Shown here one piece after another: positions 9,528 to 18,596 of a stretch of 64,000 nucleotides of DNA. The notes under the pieces were generated by a model. It saw only the letters and a list, made by a program, of their open reading frames with translations, was not told where the DNA came from and did no database searches. The position numbers and the translations under genes are program-made. How positions within the stretch are numbered: position 1 is the first letter of the stretch; each line of letters starts with the position of its first letter. The stretch is taken from the NCBI GenBank assembly GCA_050261115.1, contig JBLNCY010000006.1:54599-118598 (forward strand), read 5' to 3'. This DNA is from Methanocella sp. (GTDB taxonomy: Archaea > Thermoproteota > Bathyarchaeia > Bathyarchaeales > Bathycorpusculaceae).

Positions 9528-9867
9528 CTGTGATTTTTTCGTGATTCAACCGTGATTGTCACGTGATTATGATGATTTGTGATGATTACATGTGACATTA
9601 ACAGTTGCGTCACATATCACAAGTATCTCCATGGAAATTTAAGCCTATCGGTGACATTTTTCCATGAATTCATGACGTCACACATCACGGAAAACCGAAT
9701 TAATGCTTCTGTGATATCTATCCTTGGTTAAAGAGGCTTAATTTAAGCTTATTTTGTCGAAATAACTGTTATATTGGAGCTTGTGTGATGTGTGATAAAC
9801 TACCCCAAAATAGTGCAAAAATAATGGAAAAATTCGTGATTTGTGACGTCACAAAGGCTCTTGTGAT
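9514..9867. repeat. Dense GTGAY/RTCAC motif array
   Basis: 20 copies counted in ~355 bp; 11-bp phased run at 9530/9541/9552/9563; 12-mer GTGATNTGTGAY at 9609(-), 9677(-), 9785, 9836; palindrome TTTGTGACGTCACAAA at 9840-9855. Confidence 0.9.
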
Positions 9868-10346
9868 GGGCTAGAAAGCCGTTTTAGGCTTGTTTCGAGC
9901 TCATTTCTGATGATTTCTATGACTTTTGCATGGTCTTTTAGTTCCTCTTCCTTGCTGGGTAGGTTAGAGTGTGCGTCGACATAATCGTGCAGTTTATTGG
10001 CTATTTCTAAGTACGGGTCAAGAGTTGTGGTCTCAAAAACGCCCAAATAACCTAAAAGAAGTACTGTGTAAATGGATTTTATGACGTTTTCTCTGGACTG
10101 TTTTAAAGTCCTATTAAACGAACCGCGGCTTATTTTAGCCCTTGTTAGGCGTAAGGCTGCTTTTTCATCGTATTTTAGCTCTTTGCCTGCTATATTTTCC
10201 GATAAAATGTCAATGAGTAGCGTTTCGAGCTGTGTTTTTGTTAATTGGCTGTTTTTAGCCAGTATTTGTACAATAGGGTCTTTTAATGCTCCGTTTAACC
10301 ATGCTGTAACGCCGTCTTTTAGCTTCAAATCTCGTGATTCCTCCAT
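9849..10346 (-). CDS. Uncharacterised HTH-containing protein
   Basis: LTKTQLETLL...ISRGSFNRTLKQSRENV resembles a sigma-4/Bat-type HTH, followed by helical C-terminus. Confidence 0.7.
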   Translation of the reverse strand: MEESRDLKLKDGVTAWLNGALKDPIVQILAKNSQLTKTQLETLLIDILSENIAGKELKYDEKAALRLTRAKISRGSFNRTLKQSRENVIKSIYTVLLLGYLGVFETTTLDPYLEIANKLHDYVDAHSNLPSKEEELKDHAKVIEIIRNELETSLKRLSSPSQEPL

Positions 10347-10718
10347 ACCTTAAATGGATACAGTTTTGTATACCCACTCGGGTTTTTATCCTTTCGAAGC
10401 CCTCCTGACCCCAAAAACCGCTTGTTAAAGCAGATAAATTAGCCGTAAAAATGCAAATAACGCCTAAAAATTGAATTATTATTAAAAACAACGCTAAATT
10501 GGTACAGTTAACATAATAACGACTAAATCCTCGGTAATTTTATCGCTAAAAATGCCTGAACTTTACACAAAAAATGCACTTTTGCAAACGCCCACAACCC
10601 GCTAACCTCACCAGTTTTAACATACTCAGCACAATTAAACACACTTTTCAACCCCTAATCTAGCACCAAAACACATTTTTAGAAACCCAGCTCACAGTTC
10701 ACAATCCCGAAAAACCAC

Positions 10719-10791
10719 GTGATATCACCAAAAAATGCGTGATTTTAGCCTTAAACCACTTGATATCACAGCGTTGTGATGCACCTGTGAT
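10719..10791. repeat. Second GTGAT/ATCAC cluster
   Basis: Six copies (10719, 10724-, 10739, 10765-, 10776, 10787) including palindrome GTGATATCAC. Confidence 0.8.
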
Positions 10792-10826
10792 GCCCAAATA
10801 CCCATGGAGAACTTGTGGCATTCACT

Positions 10827-11660
10827 CTAAATCTGCTCAGACAACCGCCTTAGCTGGTCATAAAGCTCTGGGCGAAGGTCCCGTAAGGTCGGAATAAAGG
10901 TCTCAGCAGTACGCAAATCGCCAAAATCAACCTCACAAAACACAAAATCCTCCTCATCATACCTTGCCCTAGCTAAAACGTCCCCTGTTGGGCTCACAAC
11001 GCGGCTTCCACCCCAAAACTGCAAGCCATCCTCAACGCCTGCAAGGTTAACGTAGGCTAAATAGCAAGTGTTTTCCAAGGCCCGTGCCGCGGTAAGAACC
11101 TCAAAGTAGCTTCTGCGTACCGCTGGCGAAGCAGAAATGCAAATTATGAGTTGAGCCCCCTTCAGTCGGGATAGCCGAAAGACTTCGGGGAAGAAAACAT
11201 CATAGCAGATGGTTAGGCCGATGTTGCCGAGTTCAGTTTGGAAGGCGGCTGGTTCATATCCGGGCCGAAAATAGCGTTTCTCCTCAAACACGCTATGCGT
11301 TGGAAGATACATCTTGCGGTACTTGCCAATAAAGCCGTTTGGTCCCACTAGGACGGCGGTATTATAGATTGTCGCTTGGGTCTTCTCGCTTAGCTCTGGT
11401 AACCCAAAGACGATGTGTATGCCTGTTTTCTTAGCTATCTCTTCAACTTTCGCTGTGCTAGGTCCGGGGACTGGTTCGGCTAGCGTGTACACTTGGTCTC
11501 GCAGTACATAGCCGGTAAGGCACATTTCAGGGAAAACAGCCAAGTCCACGCCCTCGGCTTTTGCCCTCTGGGTTAATTCTTCGATTTTTGCTAGGTTTGC
11601 GTTTTTGTTTTCTCGTTGGGGTGCGATTTGGCAGAGGGCAAGCTTGATTCTGGCTTTCAT
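10827..11660 (-). CDS. Carbon-nitrogen hydrolase (nitrilase family)
   Basis: E-K-C triad in FPE, YRK and ICYD; probable start MKARIKLAL at 11660. Confidence 0.9.
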   Translation of the reverse strand: MKARIKLALCQIAPQRENKNANLAKIEELTQRAKAEGVDLAVFPEMCLTGYVLRDQVYTLAEPVPGPSTAKVEEIAKKTGIHIVFGLPELSEKTQATIYNTAVLVGPNGFIGKYRKMYLPTHSVFEEKRYFRPGYEPAAFQTELGNIGLTICYDVFFPEVFRLSRLKGAQLIICISASPAVRRSYFEVLTAARALENTCYLAYVNLAGVEDGLQFWGGSRVVSPTGDVLARARYDEEDFVFCEVDFGDLRTAETFIPTLRDLRPELYDQLRRLSEQI

Positions 11661-11670
11661 GCTATTCCCT

Positions 11671-12513
11671 TTAGTATGTGTGTCTGGGTAGCCTAAAATC
11701 GTTTCCCGGAGTTCTAAACCCCAGTTTAGGTGACAGCGGCGTGCGCCGTTTATGCTCGGTTGCAAGGATGCGGGCTTGGACGCGATCAACGATTGCCTGT
11801 TCTATGTTTAGTTGCTCAGCGATTTCTTGTGGTTTCATGAACCGTTCTAGGCCGTAGAGAATCAAATCCAGCGTTTCGTATTTGATTTCGAGTTCTCCCT
11901 CTGCGGTTTGGTTTGGCCAAAGCGAGGGGGTTGCGGGTTTGAGCGCGAGTTCCTTTGGAATTCCAACGTGCATGGCTAGCCGTCGGACTTGGGTTTTGTA
12001 GAGGTCGATGATGGGTGTGATGTCTGCTGCGGCGTCACCCCATTTGGTAAAGTAGCCCATGTAGGTCTCGGACTTGTCTGAGGTGCCCGCGACGATTCGG
12101 CTTTGGTTATTTGCGTAGTAGTAGAGAATTATCATGCGGGTGCGGGCTTTGATGTTTCCTTTGCAGAGCCGCTCAGTTGGGTTGAATTCTGGAATACCCT
12201 TGTAGAATTCCTCAAGGATACTGCTCATATTCACGGTTTGGGTTTGAAGGTGGAATAGGTCAGCTATGGTTTTTGCGTCGTCGAGGTCTTGCTGCCGAAA
12301 AGTTTCCTTCTCAGGCATTATGAGGGCTAGCACGTTTTCTCCTCCGATGGCAAGGCTTGAGAGTGCGGCTGTGACGGCGCTATCCACACCGCCTGAGAGA
12401 CCCAGCACGATGCCTTTGGCGTCTGCGTTTTCTACGTATTCTTTGATAAAGCGGCAGATGCGGTTTTGCACTTCAGAGAAGTCGAGTTCCAATACTTGGG
12501 GGGTTAACTTCAA
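11671..12513 (-). CDS. nadE: NAD+ synthetase (synthetase domain only)
   Basis: GLSGGVDS, NIKARTRM, GYFTKWGD, KTQV motifs. Confidence 0.95.
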   Translation of the reverse strand: MKLTPQVLELDFSEVQNRICRFIKEYVENADAKGIVLGLSGGVDSAVTAALSSLAIGGENVLALIMPEKETFRQQDLDDAKTIADLFHLQTQTVNMSSILEEFYKGIPEFNPTERLCKGNIKARTRMIILYYYANNQSRIVAGTSDKSETYMGYFTKWGDAAADITPIIDLYKTQVRRLAMHVGIPKELALKPATPSLWPNQTAEGELEIKYETLDLILYGLERFMKPQEIAEQLNIEQAIVDRVQARILATEHKRRTPLSPKLGFRTPGNDFRLPRHTY

Positions 12514-12607
12514 GGTTTAGGCAGCCTCACTGTGAAGGTTAGTAGGCAAGTATTTAAGCAGAAGGATAAATATTAATGACTACATCCAAAACTATGAAGG
12601 AAAATTT

Positions 12608-12877
12608 ATGGGGCGAAGAAGGAAAAAAGTAGTTCATGTTCCAAAGAAAAAGTTACCAAAGTTCTTCTCTTGCCCTAGGTGTGGTAAAGCAACCGTCCGA
12701 GTAGAAATCAATCGTGAGGAAGGCGGACGGGCCGTTGCACAATGTAGTAGCTGCGGACTTAGGGAAGAATTCACAGTAAAATCCGCACAAGGCGAAGTTG
12801 ATGTTTACTGCATGCTAACGGATAGAGTCTACGCTAATTTAAAGCGGACTCCCATAACTAAGGCTAAAGAAGAATAA
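12608..12877 (+). CDS. elf1: Transcription elongation factor Elf1-like zinc ribbon
   Basis: MGRRRKK, FSCPRC...CSSCG...EVDVYC. Confidence 0.85.
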   Translation: MGRRRKKVVHVPKKKLPKFFSCPRCGKATVRVEINREEGGRAVAQCSSCGLREEFTVKSAQGEVDVYCMLTDRVYANLKRTPITKAKEE

Positions 12878-12892
12878 ACTGACGGATGCTCA

Positions 12893-13645
12893 ATGGCTGG
12901 GCCCATAGAACGGTACTTGCTCGACAAAATCAAGGTCGATGGCTCAATCCATATGACGCTCATTGACCCCGAAAAAGTAACCGCAGAGGAAGCAGCAAGT
13001 ATCGCCCAAAGCGCCAGCAACAGCGGAACCGCAGCCATAATGATTGGCGGCTCAACGGTATCCTCCCAGAAGCAACTCGATGAAGTAGTTCAAGCGATAA
13101 AAGCCGCGGTGGCGACGCCGACGATTCTTTTTCCAGGCAACGTCAACGGGATTAGCAGAAACGCTGACGCCATCTGGTTTATGTCGATGCTGAACTCCAC
13201 CGACCCCTACTTTTTGATGGGCGCCCAAATCATAGGCGCACCATACATAAAAAAATTCAACATCGAACCCCTATCAATGGGCTATATAATTGTGGGTGAC
13301 GGCGGCACAGTGGGTAAAGTCGGTAAAGCCATCCCTATTTCGTATAGCAACCCTGAGCTAGCCGTGGCACATGCCCTTGCAGGTCAATACTTGGGCATGC
13401 GCTTTATCTATCTTGAAGGCGGCTCAGGCGTAAAGGTTCCTGTCCCCACAGATATGATTCGCGCGGTTAAGCAGACAATTGATATCCCCTTAATCGTCGG
13501 AGGCGGCATTCGTACCCCTGAGGCTGCAGCGGTCGCGGCTGATGCAGGAGCCGACATCATCGTCACAGGTAACCTCATCGAAACAAGCGAAGGCACCCAA
13601 CGAGTGGCCCAGATAGTCAAGGCCATCAAACACAGACGCGCTTAA
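12893..13645 (+). CDS. Geranylgeranylglyceryl phosphate synthase (PcrB family)
   Basis: TLIDPEK, IGGS, LFPG, YLEGGSG, VGGGIR motifs. Confidence 0.93.
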   Translation: MAGPIERYLLDKIKVDGSIHMTLIDPEKVTAEEAASIAQSASNSGTAAIMIGGSTVSSQKQLDEVVQAIKAAVATPTILFPGNVNGISRNADAIWFMSMLNSTDPYFLMGAQIIGAPYIKKFNIEPLSMGYIIVGDGGTVGKVGKAIPISYSNPELAVAHALAGQYLGMRFIYLEGGSGVKVPVPTDMIRAVKQTIDIPLIVGGGIRTPEAAAVAADAGADIIVTGNLIETSEGTQRVAQIVKAIKHRRA

Positions 13646-13717
13646 GTTCTTTTGTGATTTGTTTTCGAAAGCCCAAAATACCCTTTAGTCATTACTGTTG
13701 GGCAGTGACGCGGCAAC

Positions 13718-16700
13718 TTGAACATCAACCAGGGCATAAGTAAAAGCTACCGATCCTACGTCGAGGGCTTGGAGGCAGAACTCAAGCACCTCTATGAAAT
13801 CAGCGACGCCGCCAGATCCCTAGGCTTAGACCCCGCCCTAAAAACCGAATGCTTGGTTGCACAGGACATAGCTGACCTCGTAGAGGGTCTAGTGGGACCC
13901 ACAGGCGTCGCAGTCAGCATCCGCGAACTCAGCAAAAAAATGCCCCGCGAAGAAATCGCCTTCTATGCCGCCAAAGAGATTGCAGAGGGCAAATTCGCCC
14001 AAACCGACGAAGAGCGCCAACCTGAACAGCTAGCAGAGCAAGCTATTCGGACGGCACTGGCCATTTTTACCGAAGGCTTAACCGCCGCTCCCATCCAGGG
14101 CATTGCGCATGTGAAGATTAAGAAGAACGCTGACCAGACACGATATTTAGCGGTTTACTTCGCAGGACCAATCCGCTCTGCTGGCGGAACAGACCAAGCC
14201 CTAACTCTGGTCGTTGCCGACTACGTAAGGCGCGCCTTGGGGTTGGATGTGTATAAGCCCACCGAAGAAGAAGTCTCCCGCTTCATAGAGGAGCTTCGAC
14301 TCTACGAGCGCAGTGTAGGCCGCTTCCAGTACCACATTCCCGATGAGGAACTCCGCAAGGCACTCAACATCGTCCCCGTCGAATGCACGGGCACCGAATC
14401 CGACCCCGTCGAAGTCTCCTCCTACCGCAACCTGGACCGCGTGGAAACTAACCGCGTCCGGGGCGGCGCCCTAAGAGTCATTAACGACGGCATTGTAGGC
14501 CGGGCCCAGAAAGTCTGGGTTGTCTGCGACAAAATCGGTTTTCATGAATGGGATTGGCTTAAGAATTTTAAAAAGAAGTCTGAGAAGAAATCCGCGGGCT
14601 TCATGGATGATGTCATCGCTGGTCGCCCCATTTTCGCTTTTCCCTCCACCCGGGGCGGCTTTAGACTTCGATATGGCCGCTCACGCAACACAGGCCTCTC
14701 CGCGGTGGGTATCCACCCTGCCACTATGGCTGTTGTGGAGGGGTTTTTGGCTGCTGGAACACAGATGCGTCTAGAGTTGCCCGGCAAAGGCGGCGTCACC
14801 CTGCCAGTAGATTACATAGAAGAGCCCGTGGTGCTGCTCAAAGATAACTCTGTTGTCCGCGTCTCCCTAACAAAGCTGCCAGATGTCAAAGGCAAAATCG
14901 CAAAAATCCTCTTTCTAGGAGACATGCTTATCGACTTTGGCGACTTCCTCTACAGTAACAAAACCCTAATTCCCTCTGGCTATGTGGAGGAATGGTACTG
15001 CCAAGACCTCAACAACGCGGTACTGTCCCTCTTTGGCGGCGATTTAGAGAAGGCTGCGGAGGCTTGCGGCCTCTCATCTAAGCGCCTAGATGCCCTTATC
15101 CATGACCCTTTCAAGAACAAACCCAACATCAAAGAGGCATCTGCGCTCTGTCGAGCCCTCGGCGTTCCACTGGCGCCTAACTGCCTACATTACTGGAGTA
15201 ATCTGGCAACCGTTGCAGAGGTTGAGTTGATGCGTAAGTGGCTAGCTAGCTGTGATGTCACCGAAGCAGACGACGTGGGTTGCAGGATCACAGGCGCCGC
15301 AGGCAACGATGTTGTTACGGCTCTGCGGAAGGCCTTCATACCTCACAAGTACCTCGAGGGCAAAGTTACTATCCAGGGTCAAGATGCTGCCTCGTTTGCG
15401 TTCACGCTTGGGTATGGATCGTCAGGGCTAACTGAGCCGTTCCAAGCAGAAACCGTGCTCGAATTGTTGTCCAAGACCTCTGGCGTAATGATCAAGGATA
15501 AGGCTCCAACGTATGTGGGTGGACGTATGGGGCGTCCTGAGAAAGCCAAGCACCGTGATATGCGTCCTTTGGTGCATGTGCTTTTTCCTGTGGGGCTTGC
15601 AGGTGGTAGTCACCGTGATCTCTGTGCTGCAGCTAAAAAAAGCGCCGTGTTTGTTGAGATGGTTAAACGCAAATGCCCCGAATGCAAAACTTACACTATA
15701 AAACTCAAATGTGACGCTTGCGGTGTACCGACAATTCAGGAAAAAACTTGCCCCCGATGCGGCCGTTCTTTAAAGGATAGCTACTGCGGGTCATGTAAAG
15801 CTGACGCGGTTCTCTATCAGCGTCAACCCGTTAATTTTAAGCACCTCATCGATGGTGCATGCGCTACTCTTGGTTGTTCCCCGCCCAAGATGCTTAGAGG
15901 CGTAAAAGGCTTAACAAACCTTGACAAAACCCCCGAGATGCTCGAGAAAGGGATACTGCGCGCCAAGTACGGGGTTTCAACCTACAAAGATGGCACAACT
16001 CGCTTCGACGGTACCAACGCCCCCCTTACCCATATCACTCCTGAAGAAATCGGCGTCTCTGTTGAGAAGATGCATCAGATGGGCTACCACTATGACACGC
16101 ATGGCTTGCCATTAACTCACCCTTCTCAGGTTTGTGAACTTAAAATCCAAGACGTCGTCATCCCCCGAAAAGCAGGCGACTATCTCCTCCGCGTCGCAGG
16201 GTTTGTCGATGAGTTGCTTGAGAAAGTCTACAAGCTCCCACCCTACTACAAAGCCACCAAACCCGAAGACATGGTGGGTCAGCTTATCTTTGGGCTTGCC
16301 CCTCACACCTGCGCCTGCATCCTTGGCCGTATCGTAGGCTACACAGATCGCAACCTCATCTATGCGCATCCAGTTTGGCACTCTGCTAAACGCCGAGACT
16401 GCGACGGCGACGAAGACGCCATTATGCTAGCGTTAGATACGCTTTTGAATTTTTCAAAGGTTTTCTTACCTAGCCAAATCGGCGGTATCATGGATGCTCC
16501 TATCCTTATGTTGCCTTTCTGCAATACCAGGGAGGTTCAGCGTCAGGCCCACGACTTTGACGTTAGCCAAATTTACCCAGTGGAGTTCTATCGTAAAACT
16601 TGGGAGAAAGGCGAATCCCGTACCGTAAGTGCCGTTATGGATGTAATTAGCCACCGTCTTGGTACTGAGGGCCAATTTGAGGGTTACCAGTTCACTGTGC

Positions 16701-17149
16701 CCACCACCAACATCAACTTGGGTAACGCTAATAGTAGCTACAAAGAGTTCAAGTCCATGACCGATAAACTCAACATGCAGTTGGGGCTAGCTGAAAAGAT
16801 TGAAGCCGTCGACGCTAGGCGCGTGGCGCTTAAGGTTCTCAACTGCCACCTGATGCGTGACATTGCTGGCAACATGCGCGCTTTTTCCACCCAAGGGTTC
16901 CGATGCAAATCATGTAACGGGAAATACCGGCGTCTTCCCCTTGCGGGTAAATGTACTCGCTGCGGTGGAGAGTTGACATTGACTGTCTACCGGGGAAACA
17001 TTGAGAAATACCTCAAAGCCGCCCACAACCTAGTCGATAAGTATGGCCTGCCAAACTATTACACGCAACGTATGGATCTTATTCAGGAGGAAATCACCCT
17101 TATGTTTGATAACAAGAAGCCTAAACAAACCAAGCTTTTCGACTTTTAA
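13718..17149 (+). CDS. polD2: DNA polymerase D large subunit DP2
   Basis: AGPIRSAGGT, GGFRLRYGRSRNTG, RMGRPEKA, AKRRDCDGDED, zinc fingers. Confidence 0.97.
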   Translation: MNINQGISKSYRSYVEGLEAELKHLYEISDAARSLGLDPALKTECLVAQDIADLVEGLVGPTGVAVSIRELSKKMPREEIAFYAAKEIAEGKFAQTDEERQPEQLAEQAIRTALAIFTEGLTAAPIQGIAHVKIKKNADQTRYLAVYFAGPIRSAGGTDQALTLVVADYVRRALGLDVYKPTEEEVSRFIEELRLYERSVGRFQYHIPDEELRKALNIVPVECTGTESDPVEVSSYRNLDRVETNRVRGGALRVINDGIVGRAQKVWVVCDKIGFHEWDWLKNFKKKSEKKSAGFMDDVIAGRPIFAFPSTRGGFRLRYGRSRNTGLSAVGIHPATMAVVEGFLAAGTQMRLELPGKGGVTLPVDYIEEPVVLLKDNSVVRVSLTKLPDVKGKIAKILFLGDMLIDFGDFLYSNKTLIPSGYVEEWYCQDLNNAVLSLFGGDLEKAAEACGLSSKRLDALIHDPFKNKPNIKEASALCRALGVPLAPNCLHYWSNLATVAEVELMRKWLASCDVTEADDVGCRITGAAGNDVVTALRKAFIPHKYLEGKVTIQGQDAASFAFTLGYGSSGLTEPFQAETVLELLSKTSGVMIKDKAPTYVGGRMGRPEKAKHRDMRPLVHVLFPVGLAGGSHRDLCAAAKKSAVFVEMVKRKCPECKTYTIKLKCDACGVPTIQEKTCPRCGRSLKDSYCGSCKADAVLYQRQPVNFKHLIDGACATLGCSPPKMLRGVKGLTNLDKTPEMLEKGILRAKYGVSTYKDGTTRFDGTNAPLTHITPEEIGVSVEKMHQMGYHYDTHGLPLTHPSQVCELKIQDVVIPRKAGDYLLRVAGFVDELLEKVYKLPPYYKATKPEDMVGQLIFGLAPHTCACILGRIVGYTDRNLIYAHPVWHSAKRRDCDGDEDAIMLALDTLLNFSKVFLPSQIGGIMDAPILMLPFCNTREVQRQAHDFDVSQIYPVEFYRKTWEKGESRTVSAVMDVISHRLGTEGQFEGYQFTVPTTNINLGNANSSYKEFKSMTDKLNMQLGLAEKIEAVDARRVALKVLNCHLMRDIAGNMRAFSTQGFRCKSCNGKYRRLPLAGKCTRCGGELTLTVYRGNIEKYLKAAHNLVDKYGLPNYYTQRMDLIQEEITLMFDNKKPKQTKLFDF

Positions 17150-17248
17150 TGGCTAAACCTTTTCAATGATAACACACCTTAATCAGTTCGGTGACGTGGT
17201 ATCAGGCAAACTTGGCACCCCAACGCATACCTCAAAACAGTTCGTAAC

Positions 17249-17461
17249 GTGCGTAGCGGTCTTGCTGCAAGAACTAAAATCCTGATGCTTCTTGACTTGC
17301 AGGGGTTGGGTGCAGGCAAAATCTCCAAGGAATCAAAGCTTAGTTACAAAGTAGTGATGTACCACTTGCGGCTGCTGAGGGCTGAGGGTACTGTGGAGCG
17401 CCATGGCGATCGTCGCTATGTTTGGTTGTCGAGTGGGCTTGGGCAGACACGACTATCTTAG
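17249..17461 (+). CDS. Small ArsR-like wHTH protein (true start may be upstream)
   Basis: ARTKILMLL...LSYKVVMYHLRLLRAEGTVER; frame open back to 17195. Confidence 0.7.
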   Translation: MRSGLAARTKILMLLDLQGLGAGKISKESKLSYKVVMYHLRLLRAEGTVERHGDRRYVWLSSGLGQTRLS

Positions 17462-17745
17462 AATGTGCACTGGCAGGGTGCGCTTTGGCATTTAGGGCAC
17501 CTGTTTGGGTACTTCGATAGAGCCGCTTTTTCGAGGTCTATGCCCATAATGTTGGCAAGCGACGCTAGCCACGCTAAGACATCGGCGAATTCTTTTTCTG
17601 TTGATTCTCTGTCGTTGCCCTTGAATTCCTGTCCGAGTTCGGCGACTTCTTCAAGGAGCCAGTTGTAGGTGCCGTCTAATCCGCGGGCGCGGTCTCGGTT
17701 GCCGTAGAGGCGGTTCATCATCTCCTGAAATTCACTTATATGCAT
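17458..17745 (-). CDS. MazG-like nucleotide pyrophosphohydrolase
   Basis: WLLEEVAEL...EFADVLAWLASLAN, C-terminal CPKC..PCQC. Confidence 0.88.
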   Translation of the reverse strand: MHISEFQEMMNRLYGNRDRARGLDGTYNWLLEEVAELGQEFKGNDRESTEKEFADVLAWLASLANIMGIDLEKAALSKYPNRCPKCQSAPCQCTF

Positions 17746-17904
17746 ATGATTCATCTGGAAAACTTTGGCTAGCCGCCATAATTAAAGGTTAAACCCTGGA
17801 AAAGTTTGTTTGGTTTATGCTTTTGTATACAGACGGTGATTTTAGCTAGCAAGCTGTAAACAACAGATAAATAATCACAGTCTTAAACCTACACTTGATA
17901 GATT

Positions 17905-18402
17905 ATGTCAAGCAAATTGGCTCCCAAGTTTCAGGCCGCTGTGTTCTTTGTAGCCGATGTTGAACGCTCTAAGCATTTCTACCGCGACCTTTTAGGGCAG
18001 AAGGTAACCATGGATTTTGGTGCAAACGTTACCTTCGAAGGTGGCTTATCTATATGGGAAACAAACTACGCCCTAAACACCATCTTTAAACAAAAAGCTC
18101 AACAGCTCTCTGTTGGAGCAAATAATGCTGAAATATACTTTGAGTGCAACGGAGTCGACGCTTTCTTTAATAAACTAACTTCTGAGGAACCCTCGCTCCG
18201 AGTTATTCATCCGGTTGTGGAGCATCCGTGGGGTCAACGGGGCTTTCGCATCTATGATCCAGATGGTCATATTGTCGAGTTCGGTGAACCAATGTCTGAG
18301 ACCGTTTTGCGGTTACATGAGGCTGGCCTAAGCCTTGATGAGGTTGCAGCTAAGTCTTTGATGCCCCTTGAATTTATCAAGATGGTTCTTCAAAATAAAT
18401 AG
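17905..18402 (+). CDS. VOC/glyoxalase family protein
   Basis: VADVERSKHFY, HPWGQRGFRIYDPDGHIVE. Confidence 0.88.
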   Translation: MSSKLAPKFQAAVFFVADVERSKHFYRDLLGQKVTMDFGANVTFEGGLSIWETNYALNTIFKQKAQQLSVGANNAEIYFECNGVDAFFNKLTSEEPSLRVIHPVVEHPWGQRGFRIYDPDGHIVEFGEPMSETVLRLHEAGLSLDEVAAKSLMPLEFIKMVLQNK

Positions 18403-18596
18403 GTGAATTTTTCAAACGCTATGCATTTGGGTATGGTATTTATGTTGCAGTTATGGTGCTTATTGCAGTTAATCCATAGGGTATCAAGTGAGTGACTGTT
18501 TCAAACAAAACCTAAATAGCATTTTTTAATTTTGGGTACTTCCGCAAACAGTTTTATACCAAGACAGCCCTAACTATAAAATTAAGGTTTAATGAA

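Noticed and set aside
9514-9867. CRISPR array interpretation of the repeats
   Set aside because: Units are 5-12 bp in both orientations, with no 24-47-bp repeat/spacer periodicity and no cas genes.
7933-10346. Assignment to SegAB/ParAB or WhiP
   Set aside because: No deviant Walker A ATPase or ParB motif; I cannot support WhiP homology by eye.
13718-17149. Inteins in DP2 (also checked MCM and Cdc6)
   Set aside because: Lengths are canonical and catalytic motifs are uninterrupted.
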